A DNA stretch of 64,000 nucleotides, taken from NCBI RefSeq assembly GCF_000315625.1, contig NW_005434605.1:176407-240406 (forward strand), in the 5' to 3' direction. The position numbers and the translations under genes are program-made. The notes under the pieces were generated by a model that did no database searches, was not told the origin of the DNA, and saw only the letters and a list, made by a program, of their open reading frames with translations. Below are positions 58,201 to 64,000 of this stretch, one piece after another. The DNA is from Guillardia theta CCMP2712. Its lineage: Eukaryota > Protista > Cryptophyta. The first letter of the stretch is position 1. Each line of letters starts with the position of its first letter.

Positions 58201-58728
58201 TCTGACTCATTGCCGGCGCCAGGGGGAGCAATCGTTGAGAGTTTTCCTGACCTGTAGTCCCAGATAGTCACATGGCGTCCCTCGCTCAACTCGACAACAG
58301 ACCTCTTATGCAGTCCTGACGTGTTCTTCACAGCCGTAGAAGAATTCCCAGAATGGTTGAGCGACCTTTGAGAGCGAGGTATTTCTGTTTGAGCTAAAAA
58401 CCAAGGTGTAAGGAACTCAACTTACAGCTAACAGAGGGGAAGCGATGCCAGCAGAAGACATGAAGGGAAAGACGGTTGAACACACCTTGCCATGCTGTTG
58501 AAAAGGGTTGGGAGAGAAGAGCTCTACTTGTACCCATAGTCTCGTCGCTGACAACCTGACAAACAAAATCATCCTATTGGAAAGAAAGCCTCTCATTAGG
58601 TAAATACCTGTACTTTACCCAGACCAATAGCCAACGACTTCCTATTTGCATGCGCTAAAACATGGTCAGCTCAATCCTTTTCACTTGAATTCAGTCTCAC
58701 TGTTCTCCGATGGCCATGGCGCGTCCAT
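52297..58728 (-). CDS. CEP350: CEP350-like centrosomal/basal body protein
   Basis: FTLLRMREQAIEEKASIELDRL resembles the conserved CEP350 LLRLREKAL..K...EL..L coiled coil. C-terminal QQIFHKLLFDLMNEEI...ADEEQIMAEVADSLFEELVQES is DUF4378-like. Large terminal exon of ~3.8 kb with several upstream exons; the start is tentative. Confidence 0.7.
53659..53930. repeat. Internal coding duplication in the CEP350-like gene
   Basis: SLDRSTEEAVRAKE(D/E)EE and ARGAEVMAGDE(E/K)PQEE each occur twice, near-identical at DNA level. Confidence 0.9.
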
Positions 58729-59314
58729 ACGCTCACTTCGGGCTTGCAACGTCCGAGAAACTACGACTCCCGAGCTCGTTGAGAGTTTCTTCCCCTTGAA
58801 CTCAGCCTCTTGCATCTTCCACCACCCTCCTCCTCTGTTCTTCCTCCAATCTTCACCAAACGCGCACCCAGGGCCTTACACAATTTGACCAGCGCTGGAC
58901 CCGAGTCTAGAGTTAACAACCAATAGCAGCGGCCGAGTGTGACTGCTTGAGCTCTTGTTGACTCCTACCACCTTGCTCATCATCACACTCTCAGTTGTCC
59001 TTCTCCTTCTCCGCCGCCTCTTTCTTCTCCTGCACCTTCACAATGGACGAATTTCATTCTGCGCCGCCCTTCCCGCCATGGCACCATTTGTCTACTACCC
59101 ACCCTTTGGTCATATTAAGTTTTTAGAGACCCCTGTAGTTTATTTCTACAAGTACCCCACCCCTCATGACAAAGTAACTCAACCATCGTTTACCCTGACA
59201 AATTCGAATTTATGTACCCCGTACCCCTACTTATACTACCCCCACCTCCTCTCCCTTCATCGGACTGTCTCCACCCGACCGAAAATCTCTCCTTCGCACA
59301 GTTGTACACTACTG

Positions 59315-59436
<122 letters not shown>

Positions 59437-59627
59437 TTAACCTTGTACTGAGCCCGTTCTCCTCCACTCTCGGTTCTTCTGCATCTCCTAATTGTTCTCA
59501 CGCTCCTCTGCGAAAGTTTTTTGATGCCGAGGCGATGATGAAACAGGCAAAGTGGCGCAGACGAGGAGGACGAGTCAGGAGCAGCTGGGGCAAGCGCGAG
59601 AGTAGAAGCGATAGAATGTTTATCCTC

Positions 59628-61877
59628 TCAGAACACTTCTAGTCCACCAGCCACCTGGCCGCTCGGCTTCGAAGAAGAGACTTCCTCAGGGTTTGCCGCG
59701 TGCATCCTGTCGAACTGGATGGTCTGGGAAGCTTTTCAGCGACAGAGGGCAATGGTGGAAGGCGTGAGCGGGGAAGGTATGATAGAGGAGGGGGATGAGA
59801 AGCTGTGGGCTACTATAGCAAGAGATCTGCAGGAGGAGGAGGAGGAGGAGGAGGAGGAGGAGGAAAGACTCACCCTTCGTCTCAACTTGACCAGATAGTG
59901 CAAACTATCAAGCCTTGTTACAATCTCTGGCGCGAGGAGAACAGTAGGAGCAGGAGCAGGGGCAGGGGCAGGGGCAGGGGCAAAAGCAGGAGCAGGAGCA
60001 GGAGCAGGAGCAGGGGCAGGGGCAGGGGCAGGAGCAGGGGCAGGAGCAAGAGCAGGGGCAGGAGAGGAGCAGGAGCAGGAGCATGTAGTGCCTGTCGGGA
60101 GTGAAAGCCGAAAGGCAATCCAACCTCAACACCTGTAAGCAACGCGAGATGAGGCTGGTGCTCGGCCAATGCAGGAGAAGAACCTTGCGGAGGTGGGCGA
60201 AGGCAACGTAGTCCTTGTACTGCTGCCTCACCGTCGCGTCGCACGCCGCCAGGCTGTCCAGGTGCAGGATATAGTCACTGATCCTCATCAGCCTGCTGCC
60301 AGCGTCTGGGGATGCGATAGCGTCAAGAGTAGGAGGTCCAGCCCGCATCGAGGCTACCTGTCTGTGCCAACCATGGCGGGACGGACATCACGACGACAGC
60401 GCGGGATCTGCGGACCATGCCTTTGAGCATCTTGACGAAGACGAGGAGGTCGTTCTCGCAGCTCTGCCGGGGTCGCCCTGGAGAGAAACAACAAGACTTG
60501 AGGGATGCAGCAGCAGCGGGCTTTCTTGCTATCACCTGGAGAGAACCAGGAGAGGGACCCCAAGGATGGAATCATGACTCGGCAGAGCTTTTCTTCCAAC
60601 TTGACCGCGTTTTTGATCTGGTCGAGCAAGTGCGACAGGTGGAAGTGCGACTGGGATGACTCGGTCTCTTGACTCTCTCCATTTGCCTCCCTTGTTATGG
60701 GAAGTTCTTTGTAAAATTTCTCGCGGATTTCCGGCGATAGAGGTTTGCTCTTGCTTATGTCAAACCTGCGGGAATATTCAGAACAAGGAAAGGGAGGAAC
60801 GCAGGAAGGAAGACCTGTCGCAGTATGACGGACCTGATGTCTGTGTCTTCAGCTTAGATTGTTGTTGTATCGCCTCCTATCAAAGATTGTTCTCAAATTC
60901 CGAGGCTGAAAACAACTCTCCCCCGTCACCTTGTATCGCCATGCTATCCTTAGCTCGTCGTCTTTCTCTTCGAAACAACTTTCACTATCTCATTTTCACC
61001 CATCACAGCATACCCATCATGGAACTTGGAACTCTCTGCCTCACTTGCTCCTCAGAATCTTTGTTAAAGTCAAGCAGGAATGCGCAATCTCGCATACAAG
61101 TACCGTTCTCTATCAGGGAGGGAATCTCGTCCGAGATCCTCCCGCCCTCTCCACAAAGCAGCACGTTATGTTCATGTTGCACTCCCTGTAGCGGAGATAA
61201 GATCACAATAAGAGATCAAGCGAGGAGGAGAGGAGAGGAGAGGAGAGGAGAGGAGAGGAGAGGAGAGGAGAGGAGAGAAGAAGCGACCTGAGCTATGCAG
61301 TGCTTGAAGATGTGCTCATAGCATCTCGTCGGAGAATCTTCGACGACGAGCAGCACAGTACCGACTGTGATCCCACCTGAACGAACTTCGGTCATGCCGC
61401 TGTGTGTAGCTCGGATGAAGACAAGGGGAAGGAGAGGAAAAGGTTGGAGAGCGAGAGGAGCAAGAGAAATACCTCCAAGCGCTGAGTCAATGGCAGCGAG
61501 CCCGGAGCTAGTCTGCCAGTTCTTGGAGAATGCGGAAGACTTGACGCCCTGCACACATCGAGTCACTCTACAGACTGCGATGAGACTTGGTCACCTTGAC
61601 ATGCTTGTAGTCTAGTTCAGCCTGCGAGCCAGCGAGTCAGTGGAGGGGGGGAGGAGCAGGGCGAGGAAGAGGATGGGAAATGTTCAGCAGGCTCGAGAGA
61701 ACCTTCTCTTGTTGTGAGGACGTGGAAGATGCAGCGCCAGGTTCCTGCATTCATTTCACTCAGTATCTCCATCCTCCTCCTCCCCTCCCCTCCCCTCCCC
61801 TTCCTCCTCTGCCTCCTCCTTTGCATCTTCTCCTCCTCTCTGACCTTCTCATAGCGACGGAAGACGCTGGACGCCAT
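59628..61877 (-). CDS. ELP4: Elongator complex subunit 4 (PAXNEB)
   Basis: TSSGLAAIDSALG|GGITVGTVLLVVED...IFKHCIAQG, IAWRY motif (ctaaggatagcatggcgatac on minus strand ~60935-60953), CRVMIPSLGSLSW, FVKMLKGMVRRSRAVVVMSVP; ends GLEVF*. Confidence 0.88.
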
Positions 61878-62173
61878 GGCAAACGCCCCTGGCCCCCGGC
61901 TGTGCCCTCCTACCCGCCCCCTTTTTTTTTCCCACTCATGAAATTCTTTGGGGGAAGGAGAGGGGAAGCAGACGGTAAGAGAGGACAAGAGGAGCGGATG
62001 GGAGGGAAAGAGCAGAGCAGAGCAGAGCAGAGCAGAGCAGAGCAGAGCAGAGCAGAGCTGAGAGCTGAGAGCTGAGAACAGGATTTTGGAGCAACTCATA
62101 CATAGCAATCTTCTATTTGAACAACAATCTTACGACAACAAAGGTGTACAAAGTAACATCGTCATGGTCATCT

Positions 62174-64000
62174 TCATCCTTCGGGATGCGCAGCATTCAT
62201 CACGAACGCGTTGAAGCGACCGACGGCTTTCCGGTTCATGTCATCCTCTTGCTCCACATCTGCCGCGAATTTCACGCCAGCATGCAGCGGGCGCTCCTCT
62301 CACCTTGCTGCGACACCATGTCAGGAGCGAGGTAGTCGCCGTTGAGGTCAGGAGGGATCCGCTTGTAGATCATGGAGAGGATGCGGCAGTTGGACGACTT
62401 CCACTTCCGCCCCAGCATGCAGGCGATCTCTTTGTACAGTCTGAGCACAACCAGCTCCACCTGCTCCTGCCAGTCAGCCGGATCGACTCTCCTCCCCTCG
62501 CCTAGACCTGCTCGTTCCCGATGTCAAGGACCTTGCGGAGCACCAGCGGAGCCTTGAAGGAGACGAGCGTCCGGATCCTGCTCCTCGAGCCCGCGATGGT
62601 TTGCTGAAGGCATGGGAGTGAGGAGGGGGAGGAGGAGAAGCAGCAGCAGCAGCAGCGGGGAGAGGCAAGATGGTCGTACATGCAACACATGAAGCAAGCA
62701 TGAGATGTTGGCGATGTTCCTGACGCAGACCGAGGGCCTCGTTTCCTTTCCTCGCAGTGAGAAGCTACCGGCAAGCAAGTCGTTTACCCCCGCCATGTCG
62801 ATCTCCTCAGAGCTGAACGCCGTCTTCATGCAGATGGCCTACCAAGACTGTGAGCTGACCAGCCTCACATCGCCTCCTCCTACCCTTCTCCGCAGACTTC
62901 GACTTCTCCCGTCAAGAAGCCCTGGGCATGCGGCGTCAGACGACCAGAACGAGGGTCCCCACTGCACAAACACCGAGGATGCTCTTGTCCAGCTGCAAGA
63001 CTGGCCAAGGCAGGCTGACCAGCTGCTCCATCTCCTGAGCTCCGCACGTCATGCAGGCTGATGGGCGCAAGGGAGGGGCAGAGGACCTGGTTCAACATCT
63101 TGAGGGAGAGCAGGAGGAAGTTAGAGTCGTTGAGGAGTAGGCAGAGGTATCTGCGAGGGGAGCGTCACTGCCATCGCCTCCTACACAGCAAGAGGTCATT
63201 CACTCTTTCGCTAGAGGATGGAACCGGTCGAATAGTCGCATGATCTTCCTCAGACAGGTGGCCGTGGACTTGCCCACGATCCTGCCCATTCCTGTCAAGG
63301 GGGGAGGGGGGGAAGGGTGTCGGGCAGGGGTCGTCACCTCCGATATCGGGTCCACTCGGCATTGAACAGGGAGATCATGGTTTCCCCGGAGTTCTGAAGG
63401 ATTTGCTCATAGGTGAGGACCAGAGGGTCAAGGTCTTGCGGGTCCGTTTCCATGGCGGAGAAGATTTCATCCCACAGATCTTGGTTCAACGTCAACCAGG
63501 GGGCAAGTTCGGTATGCAGTCAGGTACCGGCAGAATCGAAGGAAACGTCGCTTGCCATGTCGTGCACGGGCGGGCTGGAGATCTCAACGTTGTCTTCTTC
63601 GATTTCCTTGGTATTTACACTGGATGCCAGCAAGAATTTCAGCAGGACAACCACCTGCCAGGCAAGGATGAGGATTGTGGAACTGCAAATGAGCAGGTAC
63701 CAAGTTTGGGAGAGAGGGCAAAACGGAGGAGTAGAAGCGTGCTTCTTTGCTGCTGAGGTCGGGATGACTTCGTCCGTACGGCAGGTCCTTTGACTCGGCC
63801 TTGTTCCACCTGCCGTTGGCTATCGGGGGCTCCCGGCTAGGGTCGCTGCTATGAATCAGCACAGAACAGACTTGTGGCGACTGGATCACTCACGTGTTGG
63901 CCTTGTCATGCAGAGAGATAGCAGCAGAGGAGATACACTTGGGGATCACGTCAGGGTACTTGGTTTGCATCTCTGACGGCCATGGTCAGCAGCGTTGCGC
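62174..64000 (-). CDS. STRIP: STRIP1/2 (Far11) STRIPAK subunit, 3' part (5' end beyond the window)
   Basis: DUF3402-like motifs: LRKIMRLFDRFHPLAKE|YLCLLLNDSNFLLLSLKMLNQ; SRIRTLVSFKAPLVLRKVL; LVVLRLYKEIACMLGRKWKSSNCRILSMIYKRI...DYL; EDDMNRKAVGRFN. Confidence 0.82.

Overview
Gene-dense eukaryotic nuclear DNA, most likely from a cryptophyte alga (Guillardia/Hanusia-like; inferred from many ~45-55 nt spliceosomal introns with CTGAC-type branch points, an epiplastin-type cortical protein, a nucleus-encoded fibrillin with a bipartite plastid-targeting leader, and flagellar genes). About 19 intron-containing genes can be reconstructed by eye: EFHC/Rib72, an epiplastin, cytoplasmic dynein intermediate chain, a Tudor/KOW-like hypothetical protein, a CNBD-type K+ channel (spanning an N gap), an ARM-repeat protein, a gelsolin-domain protein, a GT11-like/silk-repeat/PAN protein, a BTB-R2R3-MYB fusion, a four-domain EEEE Ca2+ channel, U1A/U2B'', RNF212/Zip3-like, a DnaJ-thioredoxin protein, mitochondrial MDH, a fibrillin, MTHFR, CEP350-like, ELP4 and a partial STRIP/Far11. 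A decayed CRE-like retroelement fragment may sit at the left edge. The most striking unexplained structure is non-coding: regions upstream of genes carry dense, often oriented GGGGTR/YACCCC arrays and/or ~200-bp CCGG-rich islands (three share GGTGATCGG), and convergent junctions lack both. Several proteins have unusual domain combinations. Exon boundaries and family calls come from manual reading and motif recognition, not database searches.
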